A stretch of DNA of 48,535 nucleotides. It comes from a virus. The notes under the pieces were generated by a model. The model did not search any database. It was not told the origin of the DNA and worked only from the letters and a program-made list of their open reading frames with translations. Positions 1 to 7,932 of this stretch are shown here, in pieces. Position 1 is the first letter of the stretch, and the number at the start of each line of letters is the position of its first letter. The stretch is taken from the IMG/VR virus record IMGVR_UViG_3300019861_000001, positions 1 to 48,535 of that record, one strand, 5' to 3'. Made by a program: the position numbers and the translations under genes.

Positions 1-141
1 GAGTAAATAATAACTTAATTTATAGGAGGTATTAGTTATGGGTTTTTTAGACATCAACCTTGGAGATGCAAAAGAACCAAAAGCAGCTGCTGAAGGTGAG
101 TATCTTATTAGATGGCTGGATACTAATGAGGGGATAGATAA
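1..141. repeat. Terminal direct repeat, left copy (identical to 48395-48535)
   Basis: Compared base by base: 141/141 identity with the window end. The repeat contains the stop of ORF 48060-48404 and the first 104 nt of ORF 38-427. Confidence 0.95.
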
Positions 142-427
142 GAATGGACATAGTTACATCCAAGCCATTCTCGACATCCCTGGAGAGCCTGACTCTAAAA
201 GTTTTACTCACTTCGCTGGGCTTCCCTATGAAGGGATGGAGCCTAAGGTTCTAAACAACTGTAAGTGGAGACTCAAACAGTTGTTCGAGGCCTTCGGGAT
301 AGACCATTCCAAACAGATCGACTTTGTTGTCTGTAAAGGTCGACAAGCCTGGGCTATTCTTGGAGTGAATGAGGATGAGCAGTATGGTAAACAGAACTTC
401 GTAAAGAAGTTCGTGAGACCTGCATAA
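38..427 (+). CDS. Candidate phage SSB-like protein (DUF669-like) partnering the Sak4-like ATPase
   Basis: 129-aa ORF with SD TAGGAGG upstream of the ATG. Across the circular junction it lies two ORFs downstream of the AAA ATPase 47071-47904, as in Sak4+SSB modules. Family resemblance is from memory only. Confidence 0.4.
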   Translation: MGFLDINLGDAKEPKAAAEGEYLIRWLDTNEGIDKNGHSYIQAILDIPGEPDSKSFTHFAGLPYEGMEPKVLNNCKWRLKQLFEAFGIDHSKQIDFVVCKGRQAWAILGVNEDEQYGKQNFVKKFVRPA

Positions 428-433
428 TATATA

Positions 434-487
434 GGTAGGACTGGATAATAATAACCGCCTTTATTCCTCATATCGTCCAGTCCTACC
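434..487 (+). other. Long compound hairpin after ORF 38-427 and before tRNA-like gene 1
   Basis: 12-bp perfect stem GGTAGGACTGGA (434-445) / TCCAGTCCTACC (476-487). The 30-nt loop holds an inner AATAA/TTATT stem. It is followed by an A-run, not a U-run. Confidence 0.5.
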
Positions 488-498
488 TTACCAAAAAA

Positions 499-618
499 GG
501 TCAAGGTGGCGAAAAGGTAGACGCAGGTTAATTACCTCCTGCCCATCGAGCGTCTTATATAAAGTGATTAATACATAGGCGAGTTAAGCAGGTGAGGGTT
601 CGAATCCCTCCCTTGACC
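499..618 (+). tRNA. Oversized (~119 nt) tRNA-like gene 1, anticodon not assignable
   Basis: Acceptor GTCAAGG (500-506) / CCTTGAC (611-617). T at position 8. D arm GCG-AAAAGGTAGA-CGC with GG in the loop. Canonical T arm GAGGG-TTCGAAT-CCCTC (594-610). In place of a normal anticodon/variable region there is a short AGGT-TAATT-ACCT hairpin (525-537) and a CCTGC/GCAGG stem (538-542/588-592) enclosing 45 nt. Confidence 0.55.
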
Positions 619-644
619 CTTTAGTAATTTATAGAAGGAAGGTA

Positions 645-884
645 ATGATGGAAAAAAGAAATGCACTAAAACTTCTAGGAATACTGATAGTAGGTTTAGC
701 AGGGAGGTTTACATTGGCAGATGATAAATCGCCAAGATTAGAGTTTAGACCTCTTGACCTTAAACCACTTGACTATGTTATTTATGAAGGTAGCGTTCGT
801 AATATTATAATCTATACAAAAGAAGAAAGAAAGTTAGTGATACCTTTTGATGATATTGTTAAGGCATTGGAAACATCAGAATAA
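645..884 (+). CDS. Small protein with N-terminal signal/TM segment
   Basis: 79-aa ORF with SD GAAGGAAGG. Hydrophobic N-terminus ALKLLGILIVGLAG. Confidence 0.7.
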   Translation: MMEKRNALKLLGILIVGLAGRFTLADDKSPRLEFRPLDLKPLDYVIYEGSVRNIIIYTKEERKLVIPFDDIVKALETSE

Positions 885-898
885 ATAGGTGCGACAAG

Positions 899-1018
899 CC
901 TTGGACAGACAGCAATTAAGTGTGCTGTAAATTAATGCTTGGTGTTAATTTCCTCTATACCAAGACAATAATGTTATTTTACCGTTAGAGGCTAAAGGTG
1001 CAAATCCTTTTCCAAGGC
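899..1018 (+). tRNA. Oversized (~120 nt) tRNA-like gene 2, non-canonical, enclosed by an extra outer stem 889-1026
   Basis: Acceptor-like CCTTGGA (899-905) / TCCAAGG (1011-1017). T-arm-like AAAGG-TGCAAAT-CCTTT (994-1010). Hairpins ACAGC/GCTGT (909-913/924-928), AAATTAA/TTAATTT (929-935/945-951) and CCTCTA/TAGAGG (952-957/986-991). Outer stem GTGCGAC/GTCGCAC (889-895/1020-1026). Confidence 0.45.
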
Positions 1019-1046
1019 AGTCGCACTTTAAAGAAAGGAGGATTAA

Positions 1047-1451
1047 ATGCAATACGAAGAACTGGAAGAAACTAAACCTCCAAAGGGATTGACCCCAACC
1101 ACAATAAGTCCAATATATAAAACTATATGGCTACTTATTGCGATTATCTTCATAGTTTATATTATAGGAGACTACACCCAAAAACAAATGGAAAAAGACA
1201 AACCGGAACAAACACAACTAAAACCATTAGGGCCTATCATTGAGGTAGAGGAAGCACAGTTCACACTTGAGATTAATAATGGAGTAGCTGGAGTCTATGT
1301 TGCTGGCACTGGTGAAATAACCATTTCAAACTGTGTCTTCTACGGTGGTAACCTCTCAGACTATGGACTAAAAATTATTAGATTTAGGAAACATAAACCT
1401 AACTTGGTAAAAGGAGTCCTGATAAAAGGATGGAAAGAGCTATTAAAATAA
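1047..1451 (+). CDS. Membrane-anchored hypothetical protein
   Basis: 134-aa ORF with SD AAAGGAGG. TM segment IWLLIAIIFIVYIIG. Confidence 0.75.
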   Translation: MQYEELEETKPPKGLTPTTISPIYKTIWLLIAIIFIVYIIGDYTQKQMEKDKPEQTQLKPLGPIIEVEEAQFTLEINNGVAGVYVAGTGEITISNCVFYGGNLSDYGLKIIRFRKHKPNLVKGVLIKGWKELLK

Positions 1452-1472
1452 ATTAGAAAAGGAGGTATAGAA

Positions 1473-1664
1473 ATGATAAGAATAAAATACTCATTAGGTA
1501 AAACTATTAACTTAGGAAACTTCCAAAGTGCCAGAGTAGATGTAGGAATAGAAATGGATATAGATGAGTGTGACTCTACTATAGACAGAGGATTCACACT
1601 AGCTAAACAGGCTGTCAGACATCACCTAGATAAATCTATCAATGATAAAGACTGGGAGAAATAG
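1473..1664 (+). CDS. Hypothetical protein
   Basis: 63-aa ORF with SD AAAGGAGG 6 nt upstream. Confidence 0.65.
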   Translation: MIRIKYSLGKTINLGNFQSARVDVGIEMDIDECDSTIDRGFTLAKQAVRHHLDKSINDKDWEK

Positions 1665-1674
1665 GAGGTAAATT

Positions 1675-1947
1675 ATGGGCGATATGGCAGACTTTATTAC
1701 TGAGCGAGAATGGCTAGATGAGCCTTCTGCGGATGAAATTAACCTTGATTATGTCTGGGAGTCTAATACTGGAGACATACATATCTCAGATATGACCACT
1801 ACTCATCTTAATAATGCTATAAAGTATTTAGAAAGAATGTACCAAGCAATACATATAGTATTATGGAAACATTACTTACCAAACATTTACTATAATATGT
1901 GTGCTGAGAGAGATAAAAGAAAGGAGAAGACTAATGACCTCAGATGA
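1675..1947 (+). CDS. Hypothetical protein
   Basis: 90-aa ORF with SD AGGAGG upstream. Confidence 0.7.
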   Translation: MGDMADFITEREWLDEPSADEINLDYVWESNTGDIHISDMTTTHLNNAIKYLERMYQAIHIVLWKHYLPNIYYNMCAERDKRKEKTNDLR

Positions 1948-2188
1948 CCGCCAAAGACCACGTTTATCTATCGAGCTTACCGAGGAGCAAAATCAAGAGC
2001 TTATCCGTCTCATACCTTGGGGAGCTAAAAATCCACTCTTCTCGGCTATTGTAGATGATGTAATTGAGTTACTGCAGAAGAACGGCCCTATAATTATAGC
2101 TATGGTTCTAACTAAGAAACTTAGAGTTTCCGATATGAACTCCATTAATGAGGCTATAACTACTAAACCCAGGAAAGGTAAGAAATAA
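1934..2188 (+). CDS. Hypothetical protein (start moved to internal ATG)
   Basis: ATG 1934 is preceded by AAGGAG at 1921-1926. It overlaps the previous ORF by 14 nt. The track start 1901 lacks an SD. Confidence 0.6.
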   Translation: MTSDDRQRPRLSIELTEEQNQELIRLIPWGAKNPLFSAIVDDVIELLQKNGPIIIAMVLTKKLRVSDMNSINEAITTKPRKGKK

Positions 2189-2189
2189 C

Positions 2190-2432
2190 ATGGCTACTAT
2201 ATCTAACCTCGCCATTTCTATTAGTGAGATGGATGAAGAGACTTTATTCAACTTTATACGGTCTCTACGTAGTAATAGACGTAAATCTATGTTAGTTAAT
2301 CCAGTCAGAAAAACATCTACCACTCCTAAAACTCCTGCCGCTACATTAAACATAGAGTCAATATTATCTAACATGTCAGAAACGGATAAGGAAAACTTAC
2401 TACAGATATTGGAGGGTAAAACAAATGGTTAA
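2190..2432 (+). CDS. Hypothetical protein
   Basis: 80-aa ORF tightly packed between neighbours. Weak SD. Confidence 0.6.
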   Translation: MATISNLAISISEMDEETLFNFIRSLRSNRRKSMLVNPVRKTSTTPKTPAATLNIESILSNMSETDKENLLQILEGKTNG

Positions 2433-3789
2433 TGAGTATAGATTAGACGTTCTACCTATAGACAAAATAGAGTCTGTGGATAGATCTAGAACTGAGCTTG
2501 GAGATATAGATGAGTTAGTTAACTCATTCAAAAAGTATGGAATTATACAAACACTAGCAGTGTCAATAAACCAAGGTGCTACTGTAGATGGTAAACCCTA
2601 TCGTCTTTTAGTTGGTGGACGTAGATATGAAGCTGCTCTACGTGCAGGTATAACCGAGGTTCCTGTGAAGATATATACTGAAGAATTATCTGAAATGCAG
2701 ATGAAATCCATCGAGTTAGAGGAAAACCTCAGACGTAAAGACCTCACGTTTATTGAGAAATGTAAACTAACTCGTGAAATTCATGACTTGCAGATATCTC
2801 TATATGGGAGGAAAATTTCTACTTCGTCTGATGCTGTTGGTCATTCTCTACGTGATACAGCAGATATGCTAAACGTGAGTCATGCAACTGTAGTTAATGA
2901 CATGAAGTTAGCTAAGGCTATGGAACAGTTTCCTGAAGTAGACTGGGGAGGATGTAAGAATCAATCAGATGCCCTCAAAGTTCTTGCCAAGTTTGAGGAG
3001 CGTATAGTTAGGGCTGATCTATCAGATCGTGCATCTAAGATTATGAAATCCTCTAGAACACAGAAGATAATAGATTCCTATGTTCTAGGAGATTTCTTTG
3101 AGAAGGTCAAAGGAGTTCCATCTAACTCTATTGACTTAGTTGAGGTTGATCCTCCTTATGCAATAGACCTACCTAATATGAAAAAAGAACATACTATTAA
3201 CTATGGAGACTCTTATAACGAAATAGAGATGAGTGCTTATATCCCTTTCCTTGGTAAAGTTTTGGATGAGGCTTATAGAATTATGAAGGAGGATAGTTGG
3301 CTTATCTTCTGGTTCGGGCCTGAACCTTGGTTTGATATTGTTTATAATCTAATCAAACAAGCCAAGTTTGAAACTCGCAGACTCTGTGGTATATGGGCTA
3401 AAGCTACTGGACAGACTAAACATCCAGACATCTACCTCGCTCAGAGTTATGAGATGTTCTATTACGCCCGTAAAGGTAACGCAGTTATCAATATAGATAA
3501 ACGTGGTAGGAGTAACATCTTCGCTTTTGACCAAGTTTCTCCGACTAATAAAATTCATCCTACTGAACGTCCAGTTCCTTTAATGGAGGAACTCCTTCGT
3601 ACTTTTACGTGGGAAGGATCAAGGATTGTAGTTCCTTTCGCTGGTTCTGGAAACACCTTGAGAGCTGCATTTAATCTTAGTATGTTTCCTATAGGGTATG
3701 ACACATCCAAGGAGTATAAAGATAGTTTTACTGTTAGAGTCCTCAAAGAGGAGAAAGGAGAACAAGATGTTGAGAATAGTAGTAACTAA
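2425..3789 (+). CDS. ParB-N-domain / HTH / DNA methyltransferase fusion (N6-A or N4-C type)
   Basis: N-terminus YRLLVGGRRYEAALRAGITEVPV is ParB/Srx-like. Central HTH LRDTADMLNVSHATVVNDMKLAK. MTase motif IV VDPPY and motif I VVPFAGSGNT, in beta-class order. Confidence 0.8.
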   Translation: MVNEYRLDVLPIDKIESVDRSRTELGDIDELVNSFKKYGIIQTLAVSINQGATVDGKPYRLLVGGRRYEAALRAGITEVPVKIYTEELSEMQMKSIELEENLRRKDLTFIEKCKLTREIHDLQISLYGRKISTSSDAVGHSLRDTADMLNVSHATVVNDMKLAKAMEQFPEVDWGGCKNQSDALKVLAKFEERIVRADLSDRASKIMKSSRTQKIIDSYVLGDFFEKVKGVPSNSIDLVEVDPPYAIDLPNMKKEHTINYGDSYNEIEMSAYIPFLGKVLDEAYRIMKEDSWLIFWFGPEPWFDIVYNLIKQAKFETRRLCGIWAKATGQTKHPDIYLAQSYEMFYYARKGNAVINIDKRGRSNIFAFDQVSPTNKIHPTERPVPLMEELLRTFTWEGSRIVVPFAGSGNTLRAAFNLSMFPIGYDTSKEYKDSFTVRVLKEEKGEQDVENSSN

Positions 3790-4084
3790 TCTTGGTAATA
3801 TAGCTATTGGGGAGGAAGATGTCAGATCTACTACAGACCTACTAGATGAACTCTGTATACTGAACCCAAGAGAAATACAAATAGCTCAACAGGGAAACCA
3901 GACTAAATTTGCTATACTCCCATTACTAGGTAATCCATCTGTGATAATATATAGAAGAAGTAGTATAGCTTTTCATTACGTAGTAGAGGAAGAGAACCTC
4001 ATTAATCTCTATCAACAATCTACCAGTAAGATAGCTAAGCCTTCTATGTCTATGATAGCTAATATTAACAAGCGTCAGAACTAG
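3767..4084 (+). CDS. Hypothetical protein (start moved to internal ATG)
   Basis: ATG 3767 follows AAAGGAG. The track start 3698 lies deep inside the methylase gene. Confidence 0.6.
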   Translation: MLRIVVTNLGNIAIGEEDVRSTTDLLDELCILNPREIQIAQQGNQTKFAILPLLGNPSVIIYRRSSIAFHYVVEEENLINLYQQSTSKIAKPSMSMIANINKRQN

Positions 4085-4168
4085 AATGAGGGCTGAGATT
4101 ATTAATCAGGAGATGGAAAGAAGAAAATACAACTCAGTCCTCATTCTTACAATTTATAGGAGGTAGTT

Positions 4169-4318
4169 ATGAATAATGATAATGATGATACACCTCTCCC
4201 AGTACCTAACTGCCCTGGCTGTGGAGCTCCATGTATCAGAAGTATAAAACATCTACTCTTTGGAGATGTAGAAGTATGGGTATGTTCAGAGAACAAAACC
4301 TCTAGTTGTTTGGACTAA
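4169..4318 (+). CDS. Small Cys-rich (zinc-ribbon-like) protein, not in ORF track
   Basis: 49 codons with SD TAGGAGG 5 nt upstream. Contains CPGC...C...C. Confidence 0.5.
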   Translation: MNNDNDDTPLPVPNCPGCGAPCIRSIKHLLFGDVEVWVCSENKTSSCLD

Positions 4319-4320
4319 AC

Positions 4321-4343
4321 CTATGGTAAAAATTTTACCATAG
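4321..4343. repeat. 23-bp palindrome family copy CTATGGTAAAAATTTTACCATAG
   Basis: Perfect 11-bp arms. Lies 2 nt after the stop at 4318 and 33 nt before ATG 4377. Confidence 0.9.
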
Positions 4344-4376
4344 AATAATAACACCATAAGTGAAAGGAGTACTACC

Positions 4377-4700
4377 ATGACAAAAGAAGAATTTGAAGTA
4401 ATAGTCAGGGGACTCAATGCGAAACTTACTGCATTGAGAAATAAAAAAGGGGAGGAATATGCCCCAGGAGAAGATAGACTACAAAATTTCAAGACTGCTG
4501 CTGAGATGAACCACGAGACAGTTCAATCAGCTATATGGGGTATGATGAGTAAACATTTAGTTTCCCTTGCTGATATGATAAGAGAGGAATATAGAAACAT
4601 TGGAGGAGATTTTACTCTTAAAGAGTGGGAAGCTAAACTATTTGATACCATTATTTATCTACAACTACTTTACGCAGCGTTGAAGGAGGACAAAGAATGA
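4377..4700 (+). CDS. All-alpha protein, possibly DUF1599/MazG-like nucleotide-metabolism protein
   Basis: 107-aa ORF with SD AAAGGAG. Sits in the nucleotide-metabolism neighbourhood. Family call is weak and from memory. Confidence 0.35.
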   Translation: MTKEEFEVIVRGLNAKLTALRNKKGEEYAPGEDRLQNFKTAAEMNHETVQSAIWGMMSKHLVSLADMIREEYRNIGGDFTLKEWEAKLFDTIIYLQLLYAALKEDKE

Positions 4701-4855
4701 AAATACATCTAATTTGCTTATGCGGCTCTCAAATAAGTTTAAGTGGTGAGGAATACAGTATTAGGTCTTTAGCTACCGACTGGAGACAGCTCCATGATAA
4801 GTGTGTTATTAACACCTTACCTATACAACTTCTTCCAGAGGAGGATAAAGAATGA
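4697..4855 (+). CDS. Small Cys-containing protein, not in ORF track
   Basis: 52 codons, with ATGA overlap at both ends (4697-4700 and 4852-4855), which suggests translational coupling. Confidence 0.5.
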   Translation: MKIHLICLCGSQISLSGEEYSIRSLATDWRQLHDKCVINTLPIQLLPEEDKE

Positions 4856-5340
4856 ACAAGCCACAGTACTATCTCTCAATCGCTGAAGTAGTAGCTAAAC
4901 GCTCTAAGTGTCTATCACGTCAGATAGGTGCGGTCATTGTCAAGGATGATGCTATAATCTCCACAGGGTTTAATGGACCTCCTAGAGGAGTTCCTCACTG
5001 TGGGCTTGATAGGAGAAAAGTAGATCCTATGACAAAGGATCTTAATATTAGGTTAAATGAATGTCCTCGTAAGGTACTTGGATTTGGTAGTGGAGAAGGA
5101 TTGGAGTACTGTCCAGCTACTCACGCCGAAGCTAATGCTATAGTTCAAGCCGCTAAATCAGGTGTCAGCACTGACAGAGCTACTATGTATCTAACCTGTG
5201 GAGTACCATGCAAAAGTTGTTTAGGACTGATTATTAATTCAGGCATAGACACTGTCTACTGTACTAGTAAAGGTCTATATGATGATATTTCTAAATATAT
5301 AGCTGAGTATAGTAGAATAGTGTTTATGTCGTATGATTAA
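4852..5340 (+). CDS. dCMP (deoxycytidylate) deaminase
   Basis: Zinc motifs HAEANAI and PCKSC in a 162-aa protein. SD GAGGAGG. Confidence 0.85.
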   Translation: MNKPQYYLSIAEVVAKRSKCLSRQIGAVIVKDDAIISTGFNGPPRGVPHCGLDRRKVDPMTKDLNIRLNECPRKVLGFGSGEGLEYCPATHAEANAIVQAAKSGVSTDRATMYLTCGVPCKSCLGLIINSGIDTVYCTSKGLYDDISKYIAEYSRIVFMSYD

Positions 5341-5349
5341 GGAGGATTA

Positions 5350-7932
5350 ATGAAACCTCGTGCTTCTCGTGTCCCACCTAAGGGTGATAGGTCCACCTGT
5401 ATAATGGCTCTCGTTGGGGAACAGCCTGGTCGGGCTGAAGTTCGAAGACGTGAGCCATTCTGTGGACCTGCTGGTGATGAACTTGACAAGGATCTCGCAT
5501 CTGCAGGAATTCCTCGTTCTCATTGTTATATTACTAATACGTTTAAGGACTTGGATTTTTCTCTGGACTATTATGTCAAGTTCTCTAAGGGTAGTATCCT
5601 CTACTCAGCTGATGGGCTGGAGTATCTTAATGAGTTGAGAGATGAACTTATAAACTGTAAAGCTAATGTGATTGTAGCTGTTGGTGGAGTAGCTCTACAC
5701 GCCCTTACTAACCGTACAGGTATAATGAAGTGGAGGGGATCGGTTATAGAATCTACACTCATACCAGGACGAAAAGTGATTCCTATAATCCACCCCTCCA
5801 CAGTTATACCTCCTAAGAATCAGTTCCTCAACAAGCGACTAATAGTTTTTGATCTAATAAAAGCTCTTAAACATAGTGAGTTTTCTGAACTAGGACTGAC
5901 TCCAAGAAGGGTAGTAACTGAACCGTTCTATACTGGCTGCATAGAGTTTCTATCTGATTATATAACTAAGGGTCTTAATGGTGCTATAATAGACTTTGAT
6001 ATTGAGGTATACAAGGAAGAGATTTCCTGTATTAGTTTCTCAGCAAATCCTCTACTCTCAATCTCTATCCCATTCATAACTTCTCATGGAGACTACTTCA
6101 CTCCAGATCAGGAAGCTAAAGTATGGAGGAAGATTGCTGAGTTATTAGAAAATTCTAACATAGTTAAGAGAGGTCAAAACCTAACCTTCGACTGTTCTAT
6201 CCTCCTCTCCAAAATGGGAATAAAGGTTAGGAATATAGTGGATACTATGGTAGCTCAGAAAGTTATAATGCCTGATTATCCAGTTCGTCTAGACTTTATT
6301 ACATCTATCTTCACTGATATCCCCTACTATAAGGATGATGGGAAGAAGTGGTTTAAGATAGGTGGCGCGTGGCAGACGTTTTGGCACTACAATGGACTGG
6401 ATGCTATAGCAACTGGAGCATCCTATCCAGGTCAAATTGAGGAAGCTAATCGACAGAATAATCTACAGACTATTGAACGTCAGACTAAAATTATAGAACC
6501 ACTTGTCTATATGTCTCAGAGAGGGGTGAAGGTAGATATAAAAGGTCTTGAGGAACATAGAGATAAAATGACTGAGAGATTAGGAGTAGTAGCTGAGGAA
6601 CTGAGTTCTATAGTGGGAAGACCGGTCTTTGTAGATAAAGAACATTTAGCACAGTCTACTAAGCCAGACAACTTTCTACTACTATCTTCTCCTCAACAGC
6701 TATCACAGTATTTCTATGGAGACCTAGGACATAAGGCGTATCTTAAGAGAGGTAGAATTACTACAGATGAAACTGCTCTGGTAAGGTTAGCTAGAAAGGG
6801 AGTTAAGGAAGCTGTTCTTATCAAAGAGGTAAGAAGCCTAAGCAAGTTAATATCTACATATGCTAATATAGATAAGATTAGTGATGATGGTCGTCTTCAT
6901 TGTTCCTATAATCCTGTAGGCACTAAGACAGGTCGTCTCTCATCTAGTGAAGATATATTCGGTAAAGGAATGAATATGCAGAACTGGCCTCATAACCTTC
7001 TAAAGTTTCTAACTCCTGATGAAGGTTATGTGGTCTATACTATTGACCTCTCCCAAGCCGAGAATCGTATAGTCGCCTATGTCGGTAAGATACATAGAAT
7101 GATTAATGCTTTCGAAAACGAGGAAGATGTTCATAGACTTACAGCCGCACTAATCTTTGGAAAACCTCCTGAGGAAATTTCTGATAAAGACGGTTCATCT
7201 CCTATTGGTGGAGGTAGACACTCTGAAAGGTTTTGGGGAAAGAAATCTAATCACAGTTTCAACTACGATCTTGGATATAAAAACTTCTCCCTTGTAGTAG
7301 AAATTCCTGAGGGTGAGGCTAAATGGTTAGTAGAAAAATATCACTCGGCGTATCCTGAGGTAAGAGGAGTTTACCACCAGAACATCCGCCTACAGATTGC
7401 TAAGGATAAAACTATTACTAACCTAATGGGACGTAGACGAGTATTTACTGATAATTGGGGAGATGATCTATTCAAAAAAGCCTACGCTCAGATCCCTCAG
7501 TCAACAGTAGCTGATATAATAAACGAGAGGGGATTAATCCATATCTACTATAACCAAGATAGATTCAGTGAAGTAGAACTTCTAATGCAGGTTCATGATA
7601 GCATAGTATTTCAAATCCCCCTATCCATAGGATGGATACGACACTCGGAGATTCTTCTCGACATTAAGAAAGCTCTGGAAATACCACTAGTTACCAACGA
7701 TAAGGAGTTTATAATCCCTGCAGATATATCTATGGGACTAACCCTTTATAAGGAAGAGGGAGTAGACTTTAAACACGACAAAACTCCAGTTAATGTCTCT
7801 GAGTTTGCAGCAAGATTAGAAGAGGGATATAACAAATTACTGGAAAAGAAACCCACTGATACTTTGGAGGAGATCTATGACGTTGAAGAGACATCTACCG
7901 GACTGGTTGGAGAATTACCTGAAGTATACTGA
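5350..7932 (+). CDS. Family A DNA polymerase with 3'-5' exonuclease and an N-terminal UDG-superfamily (family 4-like) domain
   Basis: UDG motifs GEQPG..E..FCGPAGDEL and IHPS. Exo motifs IDFDIEV, NLTFD, YNGLDA. Pol motifs A (IDLSQAENRI), B (RFWGKKSNHSFNY) and C (VHDS). Confidence 0.85.
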   Translation: MKPRASRVPPKGDRSTCIMALVGEQPGRAEVRRREPFCGPAGDELDKDLASAGIPRSHCYITNTFKDLDFSLDYYVKFSKGSILYSADGLEYLNELRDELINCKANVIVAVGGVALHALTNRTGIMKWRGSVIESTLIPGRKVIPIIHPSTVIPPKNQFLNKRLIVFDLIKALKHSEFSELGLTPRRVVTEPFYTGCIEFLSDYITKGLNGAIIDFDIEVYKEEISCISFSANPLLSISIPFITSHGDYFTPDQEAKVWRKIAELLENSNIVKRGQNLTFDCSILLSKMGIKVRNIVDTMVAQKVIMPDYPVRLDFITSIFTDIPYYKDDGKKWFKIGGAWQTFWHYNGLDAIATGASYPGQIEEANRQNNLQTIERQTKIIEPLVYMSQRGVKVDIKGLEEHRDKMTERLGVVAEELSSIVGRPVFVDKEHLAQSTKPDNFLLLSSPQQLSQYFYGDLGHKAYLKRGRITTDETALVRLARKGVKEAVLIKEVRSLSKLISTYANIDKISDDGRLHCSYNPVGTKTGRLSSSEDIFGKGMNMQNWPHNLLKFLTPDEGYVVYTIDLSQAENRIVAYVGKIHRMINAFENEEDVHRLTAALIFGKPPEEISDKDGSSPIGGGRHSERFWGKKSNHSFNYDLGYKNFSLVVEIPEGEAKWLVEKYHSAYPEVRGVYHQNIRLQIAKDKTITNLMGRRRVFTDNWGDDLFKKAYAQIPQSTVADIINERGLIHIYYNQDRFSEVELLMQVHDSIVFQIPLSIGWIRHSEILLDIKKALEIPLVTNDKEFIIPADISMGLTLYKEEGVDFKHDKTPVNVSEFAARLEEGYNKLLEKKPTDTLEEIYDVEETSTGLVGELPEVY

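Noticed and set aside
499-1018. tRNA-like elements as tmRNA or as group-I-intron-containing tRNAs
   Set aside because: At about 120 nt they are far too short for tmRNA (no tag ORF or pseudoknots) or for a group I ribozyme core.
4323-4343. Mini-ORFs inside the palindromes (ATG GTA AAA ATT TTA CCA TAG = MVKILP, and equivalents in other copies)
   Set aside because: The ATG and TAG are the automatic consequence of the CTATGG...CCATAG dyad with fixed 21-nt spacing. Several copies have TTG in place of ATG, and there is no SD. A leader-peptide role is not excluded but is unsupported.
5414-5801. ORFs 5414-5638 (+) and 5601-5801 (-) within the polymerase gene
   Set aside because: They are alternative-frame or antisense ORFs inside the UDG domain coding region.
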